A stretch of DNA of 64,000 nucleotides from an uncultured Rhabdochlamydiaceae bacterium (GCA_963712275.1 CAVQHD010000001.1:416001-480000), one strand, 5' to 3'; numbered from the stretch's first letter, positions 53,435 through 63,002 are shown. Program-made: numbers and translations. The notes: a model not told the origin generated them from the letters alone.

Positions 53435-55226
53435 GGCCGAGCTGCTCTTCCGCTTGCTGCAAGAGAGCCTTCTCTCCCTCATTTAAATATTGATCAAACA
53501 ATGCATGTGCTTTTTCAACAGCCCACTGTTTTACAAGCAGTCTGGAGCCGGGTCTTGCTTTTGATAAAGAGATCGGTTTTCGAATGGAAAGCGTCTGATC
53601 TCGATTCTTTCCTTCAACAATCAGAACGAAATCGGTTAACTTGCTGGCGCTTCCGAGGAGCGTAAATGGGCGGTCGCTAAAAAGGTAAGGAAGCCTAAAC
53701 GAGGGAGGAAGAAGTTCGATCTGTACTAAAGGATCTGAAGAAATGATTGAGGCACACATCTCTTTGGCAATGGGGTGCCGAAGATCCATGATGAGCTTGG
53801 CAAGTCTGCGAGGAAACGCCGCATGGGTATCAGAATAGAGAAGAGAGCCTCGGCTTGCGAGCCCCAGCATTTTTAAAGAAGAGAGGTTGTTGCCATGTCC
53901 TGCTGTCGCTGTATAAAGGGTGATACGGTCTCGATTTGCTTCGAGCCATTGATTGATCTTTCTTCTCTGCTGATGAGGTTTTAAAGGGGTGTCTCCATCA
54001 GAAATGAGGATGGCTGTGACAATCCCTTTGTCTCCGACTGTTGGGGTAAGCACTTGAGTCAAAATCGTATAAATATCTGTTGCAGCACCATAATGGCCAT
54101 GCGGCTGCTGTCCTAAAAATTCTTCCGCGTATTTTTGGTTTGCTTTGCTAAAAGGGAGAGGTTCACTACTGAGCCGTGTGATCGATGCATCTAAGAGAAG
54201 GATATTAAAAGAATCGCCCTCTCTTAAAACACTGATCGCACGCGAGACTGCCCGTTTAAAAGCTTCGTATCGGTGCTTTTCAATCGAATTAGATCGATCA
54301 ATAATAAATAGATAGTTTTGTTTTAAGCAATGCTCCGAGAGATCGTGTTTCTGAATAAGGCTGATAGAAAATAAAAATCCTCCTCCCTCCCGAGGAATTG
54401 TCTTTACATCGACATCAAAAAATTCATTCCATTCTTTCAGTTGCAGGGAAGGAAAGCCGTATTCGCTCAGCACTAAAGGACTGTGAAGAGAGGCTATCGT
54501 TTGCGGTGTCTCAGAAGAAATCATAAAGTCAATAGAAGCGGCTAAAGGGTACTCTGCCAGCGCATCACAGAGGGCAGGAGGGCTGAGAAGCGGCTCCATA
54601 CGGTGAGGTGCTTCAGAAACAGGCATCTCAAGAGATGGTCTAGGAAGGGTAGCAGGTTTTTCTTCTGATGGAAGATAGCTAAAAACAGTTGGTATTTCTT
54701 GTGATGACATAGGTGGAAGGAGAGAGACAGTGTAGCCTGGGAGATCGTGCAATGAAAGCTCAGGACCTAAAAGGGAAGACTGATCAAGCGAGATTGCCGG
54801 AGATTGAACGGCAGCTCCTGGGTCATCGAAAGCGACTGGGAGGGAGAGTTGAAGTGCAGACTGGTGGCTTGGATCTTGAGGAAAGGCAAAGTCTAATGAA
54901 AGTTCCGGAGTCGCTATCTGAAGATTTAATTCTTGTTTTTCTTCAACCCCATAAGCCCATGTTGAAGGATTTGCAATCGGACTTTGAGTAGCCGTTGGGG
55001 AAGCTATTTCAAAATGAGCGAAGGTCTCTTCTAAGGCTTGATTTTTTTTTAAAATGACAATAGGGTCCTCCTCCAGCAGCATCGAGGGCGCCTTTCCAAT
55101 CTGCGTTAAAAGGCGCGGATCGAGATGGAGAGGTTTTGAAAATAGAGCAGCGATGATAATCGCATGGAGTGCGATGGATAGCAAAGTAGATCTGACAAGC
55201 CGCTCCTTCACGCTTATTTGGGTCAT
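53409..55226 (-). CDS. Membrane-anchored VWA domain protein
   Basis: N-terminal TM, Pro/Ser-rich linker, MIDAS FIIDRSNS, ATD, LISDG. Confidence 0.8.
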   Translation of the reverse strand: MTQISVKERLVRSTLLSIALHAIIIAALFSKPLHLDPRLLTQIGKAPSMLLEEDPIVILKKNQALEETFAHFEIASPTATQSPIANPSTWAYGVEEKQELNLQIATPELSLDFAFPQDPSHQSALQLSLPVAFDDPGAAVQSPAISLDQSSLLGPELSLHDLPGYTVSLLPPMSSQEIPTVFSYLPSEEKPATLPRPSLEMPVSEAPHRMEPLLSPPALCDALAEYPLAASIDFMISSETPQTIASLHSPLVLSEYGFPSLQLKEWNEFFDVDVKTIPREGGGFLFSISLIQKHDLSEHCLKQNYLFIIDRSNSIEKHRYEAFKRAVSRAISVLREGDSFNILLLDASITRLSSEPLPFSKANQKYAEEFLGQQPHGHYGAATDIYTILTQVLTPTVGDKGIVTAILISDGDTPLKPHQQRRKINQWLEANRDRITLYTATAGHGNNLSSLKMLGLASRGSLLYSDTHAAFPRRLAKLIMDLRHPIAKEMCASIISSDPLVQIELLPPSFRLPYLFSDRPFTLLGSASKLTDFVLIVEGKNRDQTLSIRKPISLSKARPGSRLLVKQWAVEKAHALFDQYLNEGEKALLQQAEEQLGHDTQNSRR

Positions 55227-57910
55227 CGTAGAGTGTCGAGTTTTAATGCTGCTCGGTGTTTCAAATAGGGAGTTGTTTGCATATCTTGTAAAATTTCTTT
55301 AAATAAAGAGATGGCAACTTTTTTCGCCTGCGCCTCTTTTTCTAAATCATTATTCCGCAAAGCTTCGATGGATTCCCAAGAAAAAATTTCAGCTTCAAGA
55401 TATTTCATGTAGCTTTGAAACAGCTGATCCTTCTCGGGATATCTCAAACGAGCTTCATGATACTCGTGGCTAGTAGGGTCGTCTTTAGCGTAAAAGTCTT
55501 CTTTGATTCGATTCAAAAAGAAGAGGGCCGATTCTGCACGTAGCTCTTCAGGAGCAAGAGAGATTCGAAGGTCGGCATAATCAAGAGCTGCTTCCAAATG
55601 AACAGGCTCATGAACGAGCTGTTTTTGAACTTGAAGATCTTTCAATGTCGATAAAATAAACCGCAAGGTCGAGTTCTCTTCGTTTTTTTCAGTAAGATCT
55701 ATACGAGAAAGGAGGAGACGACTTTTTTCTAAAAGAGCTGCTGAACCAATCATTGAAGATGCGAGCTTCTCTTTGGAGATGAGTTTATCAAAACCTTTTA
55801 AAGCTTCATCTGTCTGGTGTAAACTTAAAGATGTTTTAGCAAGTTCAAAAAGAATATGATCTTGCAGTTTCCATGGATAAGACTCATGAGCTGCTTGCAG
55901 TTCTATGAGTGATCGTAAAAGCCGTTCTTTCTCCTGAGGGGCAAGGATCCCTGCAAACTTGAGCGCTTCCGCTTCAAGAGCTGTGTGAGAAGGGTCGAAA
56001 TGGACTCCATACTGCTCATCAAGGGCCAATACTTTTTTGAAAAGACGTTGGGTTCTTTCTTTTGAAGAAAGATCTCCCTTCTGGGATTTTTCTAAGTAGT
56101 GATTGATCAGCCAGAGCTGGTTTTCTTGCTGAATAGCATTTCCATCCACGAGGAAGGTTTGGTAGAGATTATCAGCTGCTTTATCATACTCCTTGGTTGA
56201 AAGATAGGCATTGAAAAGGTAAAGGCGAAGGGTTGATTTATGCGTTAGATTCTCGGAAAGAGCCAGAGCTTTTTCAGCAACAGAAATAAACACCTGCGGC
56301 TCTGACTTTAACTCTCGGTGAGCCAGCGCTTGTAAAAGATAAGCTTCACTAAGAGAGGAGTGATTAGGATATTTTTGACATAACCGATCAAGCTCGATGG
56401 CAGCTTCTTTAAAATGATGGAGATCAAACATCAGCTGCCCCAATAAGAATTGATAAGAGGCCTCTTCCTCAGGAGAGAAAAGATCACAGATTGTTAAAGC
56501 CTGCGCAAGATCGGAAGCAAGCAGCTCTTTTTTCTCGCTTATCTGATCTTCGGCCGCCCCTTTCAAGGCTTGAATCGAGGAATGCACAACTGTAGACCAA
56601 ATCAAGTTAGAGTGGGGCGTCAATGGAAACCGTTTTAGGTAAGCAATAAATGCATTTCGACTTTCGCTCCATTGTTCTGTTTTGGAAAGGAGAAGAGCTT
56701 GATCATAGAGAAGCGTTTCTTGTTCCGGAAAATCGGGAAAATCTTTAAGCAATTGATTTAAATCACGGCTTGCCTGTGTTGCATTTCCTTTTTGCAGGGC
56801 TGTTTGCGCATGCAAGAGTAAGACCTTACCAGCCTCTTCGTCATGAGGAAAGGCCACCAAAAATTGTTCTAAGACTTCATCAAATAAAGGCCCGTTCTCA
56901 GTTTTTTGAGCGCAGTGAATCAGATTTAAAAAAGCAGCTCGTTTATAAGGGGTATTATCTAATTCTTGCTGAACAAATGTTCTAAAATGGACAATCGCCT
57001 CCGGCAGTTGCTCCAATTTGAAATAACTCCGAGCAAGGCAAAACTCAAACATTGCCCTCTGGTCGGAGCTAAGGTGCATCTCAAGTTTAGGGGCTCTACT
57101 AATTAAGTCTGAAAATCGATCATTTTGAAAGAGCAAAAGGAGTTCTTGATAAGCCGCATCAGAGACTCTCACTCCCCCTAAATCGACCACTCGTTGAAAT
57201 GTCTCTAATGCAATGAGAGGATCAAACTGCAGCTGCAGCACAGCCGCCTGAAGAAGAAATTCTTCACGCTGGTTGGGACGTTTTTCTGCCAGCATCTGAT
57301 ATAAGGGGGAAGCCTCCTTAAGCTCGCCGAGCTCTCGATGGATCTCTGCCAGAGGAAGAAGGGCTTTATCTTGGTAGGACGTATTAAAAAGCTCAAGAAA
57401 AAACGGCTTTGCTTGCGACGCAAGCTCTTGCCTTCCGCCTGCCTCAGCTACACCTCGCATCTTTCGAAATAAAGAGTCTGCAAAGATAAACTTCATTTCA
57501 TCCAAATGCTCGACTTTTTTATTTGAATCTTGAAAAAGAGACGCAAGCGTATCTGTCACCTCATCATAATCTTCTACAAGATAGAGGCATTGAAAGCGGC
57601 GAGGTTGAATTTTTTCGATCAGAAGAGGATCTGTAATCTTATTGTAACTTGCAAGTGCTCCTGCATAGTCGCTCTCTTGATACAACATATCTCCCATCAA
57701 GGCATAGAGGTTATTATGAATATTAGAGGATTCATGGGAGGCTAAAAACTCTTCGATTTGTTTTTTAACAAGGGGGTAATCGCGATCTTTCCAAAACTCT
57801 GTCACCCGCCGAAGAAAAAAGGCCTCGTGCGAAGAGAGGTTCTCTTGAGGAATCATCATCCCTTGCATTGCAAACAAATAACAACCGATTGAAAGAATCC
57901 ACGCGTTCAT
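55223..57910 (-). CDS. Large secreted TPR protein
   Basis: Signal-like N-terminus and many TPR motifs (F...FP, LARSYFKL). Confidence 0.8.
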   Translation of the reverse strand: MNAWILSIGCYLFAMQGMMIPQENLSSHEAFFLRRVTEFWKDRDYPLVKKQIEEFLASHESSNIHNNLYALMGDMLYQESDYAGALASYNKITDPLLIEKIQPRRFQCLYLVEDYDEVTDTLASLFQDSNKKVEHLDEMKFIFADSLFRKMRGVAEAGGRQELASQAKPFFLELFNTSYQDKALLPLAEIHRELGELKEASPLYQMLAEKRPNQREEFLLQAAVLQLQFDPLIALETFQRVVDLGGVRVSDAAYQELLLLFQNDRFSDLISRAPKLEMHLSSDQRAMFEFCLARSYFKLEQLPEAIVHFRTFVQQELDNTPYKRAAFLNLIHCAQKTENGPLFDEVLEQFLVAFPHDEEAGKVLLLHAQTALQKGNATQASRDLNQLLKDFPDFPEQETLLYDQALLLSKTEQWSESRNAFIAYLKRFPLTPHSNLIWSTVVHSSIQALKGAAEDQISEKKELLASDLAQALTICDLFSPEEEASYQFLLGQLMFDLHHFKEAAIELDRLCQKYPNHSSLSEAYLLQALAHRELKSEPQVFISVAEKALALSENLTHKSTLRLYLFNAYLSTKEYDKAADNLYQTFLVDGNAIQQENQLWLINHYLEKSQKGDLSSKERTQRLFKKVLALDEQYGVHFDPSHTALEAEALKFAGILAPQEKERLLRSLIELQAAHESYPWKLQDHILFELAKTSLSLHQTDEALKGFDKLISKEKLASSMIGSAALLEKSRLLLSRIDLTEKNEENSTLRFILSTLKDLQVQKQLVHEPVHLEAALDYADLRISLAPEELRAESALFFLNRIKEDFYAKDDPTSHEYHEARLRYPEKDQLFQSYMKYLEAEIFSWESIEALRNNDLEKEAQAKKVAISLFKEILQDMQTTPYLKHRAALKLDTLR

Positions 57911-58017
57911 ACCACTCCTTATGACTTATCCTCTCTATTCAACAGACAAGATCTTTTTTTGTCCTCAAAATTGATACCATTTTTTTCTTTTTCCCCATTT
58001 TGGTATGTTTTCACAAA

Positions 58018-58062
58018 GAACCTATCCCGATAAAATTTTTCGTCGATTTTCGGGATAGGTTC
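58018..58062. repeat. Collapsed palindromic element, subfamily D
   Basis: GAACCTATCCCGA...TCGGGATAGGTTC; ends next to the RBS of the EamA gene. Confidence 0.85.
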
Positions 58063-58075
58063 AAGGAGTCATTCG

Positions 58076-58996
58076 ATGATGGGAATTCAACTGATGCTGG
58101 TCGCCGGCTTATTTATTGCACTCTCTAACTATCTCATGCGAAAAAGTATTGATGCCGGGGGAACCACAAAAGGGTTTCTGATGGTTCAACTCTTTTTAGT
58201 TTTCATTGTCGCTATTCTTCTAAATCCTGTGCGAATGCATGACTATCAATGGAGCAATTGCATGGCCATTTTTGGGATTGCAGGAGGTGTCGTTCTTGCA
58301 CTCATGATGGCCGCACTGGGACGAGCCCTTGAAACAGGCCCACCAGGACTTACCTTTGCAGCCCTTAACTCGTCGACGGTCATGCCTTCGATTGTGATGG
58401 TCCTCTCTTTTGGGGCCGCTTTCGGATACCATTACACGTTTTGGAACGGCTTGGGATCCCTTCTTGTTGTTCTAGGTCTTTTTTGGGCAGGATGGCAAAC
58501 GTCTAAAACAGTCCAGAAAGGAGTTTGGCTCTCGTTTGTTTCTGCCGCTTTTTTTCTCCATGTACTGTTTCTGGTTTTTTTAAGTTGGAGAGCTCTCTTT
58601 ATCAATTACCCAGGAGAAAATGGCCTTTTTCTCTCCTTTGATATGGATGATGCAAAAAACGAATGGTTCATGCCTATGACCTTTCTTGCCGCATTTATCG
58701 TTCAGGCCTTGATCTACCTCTTTCACGAAAAACGGTGGCTTAAGAAAGGAGAAGTCCTTTATGGAATCCTCGGCGGCATTGCCAATGGGGTTGGAACCTT
58801 TTTTATGATTCGAGCAACCGAAGTCGCAACCCCGTTTGAGCATGCGATGATCTACCCTCTCTTTTCCGTCACAATTATCCTCCTATGCAATCTGTGGGGG
58901 CAGTGGCTTTATCGTGAACGAGTGAATTGGAAGGCCATCACCCTCTGCTTGCTGGGAATCTTTATCGGAACTATTAGCTGGAACGCATTGAAATAA
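58076..58996 (+). CDS. EamA/DMT family transporter
   Basis: About 10 TM segments in two repeats; ends LYRERVNW. Confidence 0.8.
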   Translation: MMGIQLMLVAGLFIALSNYLMRKSIDAGGTTKGFLMVQLFLVFIVAILLNPVRMHDYQWSNCMAIFGIAGGVVLALMMAALGRALETGPPGLTFAALNSSTVMPSIVMVLSFGAAFGYHYTFWNGLGSLLVVLGLFWAGWQTSKTVQKGVWLSFVSAAFFLHVLFLVFLSWRALFINYPGENGLFLSFDMDDAKNEWFMPMTFLAAFIVQALIYLFHEKRWLKKGEVLYGILGGIANGVGTFFMIRATEVATPFEHAMIYPLFSVTIILLCNLWGQWLYRERVNWKAITLCLLGIFIGTISWNALK

Positions 58997-59111
58997 TTTT
59001 TCTCTTTGCCCTATTGCCCATTAATCCTTAAAAACTGTACTATGTTTATAAAATTTTAATTTACATCAAGAGAGAAAAGCGAAGTGTTCTCTGTCAAAAA
59101 GGAGATCTTAT

Positions 59112-60725
59112 ATGGCATCATCTATAAGCAGTGTAAACTATTACGATTTGGAGAAACTTTTTCCTAAAAACAAAATAAGCAAAGACACTAAGTTTCATTA
59201 TTTAATTCTTGGCGATAAGACTGAAGAAGCAATTGCATGGCTGAATGATAACCATAACGCCGCTATCTGCTGTGAAAAAAAGTACTTGCTCACGCCTCTT
59301 CATCTTTGTGCAATTAAGGGGAACGCAAAAATGGCAACGATACTTATTGAGGGTTATCAGGCTAGTGTAGCGGCTCAAGATATCCACGGGTGGACACCCC
59401 TTCACCATGCAGCCCTTAGAGGAGAGGAGGAAATGCTAAATATACTTATATTAGCAGATAAAGTTCGTGGATCTACTGCATTAGCTCTTAAAAACATAAA
59501 TGAGGGGACCTATGAGGACTTAAGGCAATTAGCCTTTCCAAAGGTGCGGGCAGGTGCTGATAATTTAGAGCTGCAAAAGTCAATTGTATTCAGGTACCGT
59601 AATGATGAAAGGCAAATTGTTGATGGAACAGCAGGTCAATTTGAGAATATAATGGGGGCCAAATTTGCTAGCCAAATGCATGGAAGTCCGGAATTTTTTA
59701 TAGAAGAATGGATTAATCCTACTAAAATCACAGATGCTGATAAGGACCTCTCCCTACTAGTGAAAGCAAAGTATGCAAGTTATCTAGAAAAATCACCTCT
59801 TATTTATGTTGATAAAACAGAAGCAGGTTGGGGAGTTTTTGCTGAGGAAAATATTCAAGAAGGGTGTGTGCTTGTAGATTACCTAGGAGAAGCTACACAC
59901 AGTGGTGAAAAAAGCCTTTATGCCGTGCCCTTAAGTAATGGTGAAAAAATACGTAATTTAGGGCCCATACTTAATGACGGGTTTCCAAATTGTGTAGACA
60001 TGCCTCTATGCAATATAAAAGGTTTTCCAATCATCCGTGTATTGCTTACGATCCGTTCTATAGAGAAAGGAGAGCAGCTTCTCTGGAACTATGGGCATTA
60101 CCACCCTGTTAAGATGGAAAAACACTCTAATCTTGCAGGAGAAAAAGCACTAAAGTGGTTACAAGAGCAACCAATTATAAAACGGTATGAAGAGCTGGGG
60201 CAATGGGTTAATGGGCCAGGTAAAGCAGACCCACATTTCTCACTTCATTTTAGAACTCGCATTACCCCTTTTCATTATCTTCTCTGCACTCCTTCTTTTC
60301 AAATTCTTCTTCTTCTTCAAAAAATTACAAAGATAGATGACTTGTTTACTTTATCAAAACAAACATTCTTTGCTCAGAGAAATGACTCTACAAACCGTTC
60401 AGACAATCTCTTTTCCGCAGAGTCTTTAGATAGAACCTTTAAATTAGTAACGTTCCTATTTAAATTCTGCCAGGATATGGACAAGCCAGCTAATGGAGAG
60501 CAAAGAATCGTGCTTATTATGAATCAGCTGCTTTCTAAGATCAGCGTTGCTTGTATCTTTGGTTTTTTTGAAACTTTAAAAGAAAACCTTAAAGACAAAG
60601 ACAGCAAGACATTTGTATATAACCTTTTGAAAAAAGCTATTGCAGGAAATCTCTCACAATCGCGTCAACAGGGGAAAAAATTATTAGAAATGGCGACAGA
60701 TTATGCAAAAAACTTTAAAGAATAA
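59112..60725 (+). CDS. Ankyrin repeat + SET domain protein (candidate nucleomodulin)
   Basis: TPLHLCA, GWTPLHHAA; SET motifs GWGVFAEENI..DYLGE, LNDGFPN, IEKGEQLLWNYG; AT-rich. Confidence 0.85.
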   Translation: MASSISSVNYYDLEKLFPKNKISKDTKFHYLILGDKTEEAIAWLNDNHNAAICCEKKYLLTPLHLCAIKGNAKMATILIEGYQASVAAQDIHGWTPLHHAALRGEEEMLNILILADKVRGSTALALKNINEGTYEDLRQLAFPKVRAGADNLELQKSIVFRYRNDERQIVDGTAGQFENIMGAKFASQMHGSPEFFIEEWINPTKITDADKDLSLLVKAKYASYLEKSPLIYVDKTEAGWGVFAEENIQEGCVLVDYLGEATHSGEKSLYAVPLSNGEKIRNLGPILNDGFPNCVDMPLCNIKGFPIIRVLLTIRSIEKGEQLLWNYGHYHPVKMEKHSNLAGEKALKWLQEQPIIKRYEELGQWVNGPGKADPHFSLHFRTRITPFHYLLCTPSFQILLLLQKITKIDDLFTLSKQTFFAQRNDSTNRSDNLFSAESLDRTFKLVTFLFKFCQDMDKPANGEQRIVLIMNQLLSKISVACIFGFFETLKENLKDKDSKTFVYNLLKKAIAGNLSQSRQQGKKLLEMATDYAKNFKE

Positions 60726-60831
60726 GTCAGCTTATTAACCAGAGCTAACAATTCCGCAGGGTCTTGTGATAAGAAATACTTAACATTTTCTCATAAATAA
60801 TCTGGACAATATTCTTTGCAGATAAGCAGGC

Positions 60832-60996
60832 TCATATCGCATTACGTCTTGCATCAGCCAGACCTCGCGCCGGGTCGATAGTTTTGATGATGTTCATCGT
60901 GGTTCTGCGTAGCAGCCCCATGTTTTCAGCTGCATGACCTGTATTGGCCAAAGAAGAATCTTCTTCAAAGACGACATATGCAATATAACGCCAATG
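60832..60996 (-). pseudogene. ISAs1-family transposase C-terminal remnant
   Basis: LHW..VVFEEDSS...GHAAENMGLLRR..MNII matches the ISAs1 C-terminal motif. Confidence 0.75.
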
Positions 60997-61040
60997 GAGC
61001 TCTTGTATAGAGATGAAGCCCTTGGGCCATATGCCCAATT
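60995..61040 (-). repeat. Second copy of a segment near the 3' end of the TPR gene
   Basis: 46 bp matching 61429-61474 (core TAGAGATGAAGCCCTTGGGCCATATGCCC identical). Confidence 0.9.
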
Positions 61041-61045
61041 GGACC

Positions 61046-61300
61046 CTATACTTTGTCTTCATCAGTCCATCCGGCTAAATGACAAGCTTCGTCAAAAGGG
61101 ATATTATTTTTAGGATTTTTCTCCTTGAGACGTTTGCGCGCTTTTTTAGCCAAAACATGATCCTCATATTCCTCTATAGCCCTAAGGATAAGGTCCGTTG
61201 CAAAATCTTTGAGTGACAACCCTTTTTCCGCACACAATAGCTTCAAAAAGGGATACGCCCTTCTAGGGAATTCAAAATTTAATCTAACAGTACTCTTCAT
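61046..61300 (-). CDS. Ribbon-helix-helix antitoxin-like protein
   Basis: VRLNFEFP..LK..CAEKGLSLKDF, AIEEYED, IPFDEA; overlaps an ATG (MKTKYRV) whose gene is broken. Confidence 0.7.
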   Translation of the reverse strand: MKSTVRLNFEFPRRAYPFLKLLCAEKGLSLKDFATDLILRAIEEYEDHVLAKKARKRLKEKNPKNNIPFDEACHLAGWTDEDKV

Positions 61301-61364
61301 CTCACACCTTTCGTTTTCCCCATTTTAATAATTATGAGTAAATGAGTTTTTTAAGTATTTGATT

Positions 61365-62312
61365 TTAAGACATATGATAGGCGTCGTAATGCTGGATTAG
61401 CTCGCCTGCTTTGGGATCTTTGCGCCCTTGGAGTTCTTGATAGAGATGAAGCCCTTGGGCCATATGCCCCAATTCAAAATAGAGCTTGCCTAATTGATAG
61501 TGAACATCCCCATCTTGAGGTTTTAAGTTCAGCAGAGTCTCATAAGTTTTTCGCTCTTCTTGTCGAAGGTCAAGATCGTGATAAACTTTTGCAATATGGC
61601 TTAAAGCCCAAGCATCATTGAGGGAATAGGTTAGCACAACTTTCAGCTCTTCAATTGCTGAGTGAGCTCTCTTCTTGAACTTTTCTTCCATTGCAGGCAA
61701 TTGATATTGGCGGGCTATGAAGGGAGAAGCCCCTTCTGGCATTTGATAAATCTGATAAAGAGCCATATAGGCGCCTGCTAAGGTTTTATGAAGCTCTAAA
61801 TCGGTCGGATAAAGCTTAACCCAATCGAAAAGCTTTCGAAGCGCCTGCAGATGGAGTGTTTCTTTCATCCAATGAATATCTTCCCAGTAACACCAGGTTG
61901 TAAATTTTTCAATGAGGGGAGAAATAGGCTGTAAAGAGGAAGGCACGGTATCATATTGAGATTCTTGCTCCTGGAGTTTTTGAATGAGTTGATAGATGGG
62001 ATAGAGCTTTTCCACTGACCAAGCAGCTTTTGAAGCAGGATGATCTATATTTGATAGAAACGTATCGCCGAGCTCTATCAATTGCTGAGCTTTTTTCGTC
62101 TGAAAATAAAACCGGAGGACAAGATAGGTAAAAACGGTCAGAAAGGTCGCCGCAACCACAATTGCAATCCCTAACGTTTTTGCAAAAAATGTCGTGAGGC
62201 TTAAAAGAATCAAAAGTTCCAGCACAAAAGCCGCTAGAAAGACCGCATGAAAGCGCGCATAACGACGAATTAGCCGTTGGAACTCTTTAAATGTTTGCTC
62301 GACAATGGTCAT
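61365..62312 (-). CDS. Membrane-anchored TPR protein
   Basis: Two N-terminal TM segments; C-terminal TPRs (HYQLGKLYFELG). Confidence 0.8.
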   Translation of the reverse strand: MTIVEQTFKEFQRLIRRYARFHAVFLAAFVLELLILLSLTTFFAKTLGIAIVVAATFLTVFTYLVLRFYFQTKKAQQLIELGDTFLSNIDHPASKAAWSVEKLYPIYQLIQKLQEQESQYDTVPSSLQPISPLIEKFTTWCYWEDIHWMKETLHLQALRKLFDWVKLYPTDLELHKTLAGAYMALYQIYQMPEGASPFIARQYQLPAMEEKFKKRAHSAIEELKVVLTYSLNDAWALSHIAKVYHDLDLRQEERKTYETLLNLKPQDGDVHYQLGKLYFELGHMAQGLHLYQELQGRKDPKAGELIQHYDAYHMS

Positions 62313-62317
62313 AGATC

Positions 62318-62794
62318 TTACTTATTTCCAGTTTGGATCATGTGATTGATGACTCGCTGCGAAACGCCTGCCTTTTTAAGATCGATGATATCTGCGCTGC
62401 TGAGATAAAAAACACTTTTTGTCGCATCGATCTGACTGATAATCACATCATCGGAAATCCCTGCTTTTGTCATTTTTTTAACATCATCCGTTGAGAGTTG
62501 CTCCCCCCGATCAATTTTACGAACCGTACTTGGACTTTCTCGATTGAGGGATCGCCGGTCTGATTCATCTAAAGCAGCCCCAATGATGGCTCCGCTAGCC
62601 GCTCCAATAGCCCCTCCTATAAGAGCTCCACCTCCCGACCCTGTGATCAGCGCTCCTCCAACAGCTCCAATTCCGGCTCCTGCAAGGGCTCCCGTCCCCG
62701 CCTTGCTTTCACAACCGATTAAAAAAAGAGTCAAACAAGCCGCGCTGAATGATTGCAATCTCATAGAAGCCTTCTCCCTTTGCATTCTCTCCAT
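62318..62794 (-). CDS. Glycine-zipper lipoprotein
   Basis: Lipobox LIGC, GAGIGAVGGA..GGAIGAASGAIIG; start may be the third Met. Confidence 0.85.
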   Translation of the reverse strand: MERMQREKASMRLQSFSAACLTLFLIGCESKAGTGALAGAGIGAVGGALITGSGGGALIGGAIGAASGAIIGAALDESDRRSLNRESPSTVRKIDRGEQLSTDDVKKMTKAGISDDVIISQIDATKSVFYLSSADIIDLKKAGVSQRVINHMIQTGNK

Positions 62795-62828
62795 AATCTA
62801 AACTAAGGGATCGATGCAAGAAGATTGC

Positions 62829-62998
62829 AGAGGGGCTCGCAAAACTCCGATTTGGGGCCAAATCCGCGCTTTTTGGGCAGGATCCGGATTCTGCGCAAAT
62901 AGCCTACTCTAAGTCGAGTATGTCAATTTGCGCAGAAACCGGCCCTGCCCAAAAATCATCGAATTTGGCCTCCAAAGCGAGTTTTGCGAGCTCCCTCT
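62829..62998. mobile_element. 170-bp palindromic element subfamily C
   Basis: AGAGGGGCTCGCAAAACTC...GAGTTTTGCGAGCTCCCTCT; inner stem TTCTGCGCAAAT / ATTTGCGCAGAA; apical TACTC/GAGTA. Confidence 0.9.
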
Positions 62999-63002
62999 AG
63001 CC

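Noticed and set aside
60832..61062. 76-aa ORF as a real gene
   Set aside because: Chimera of a toxin-like start, an out-of-context TPR gene fragment and an ISAs1 transposase tail
22628..62998. Palindromes as integron attC sites
   Set aside because: No consistent RYYYAAC/GTTRRRY ends, no cassette array, no intI, and one copy is intragenic
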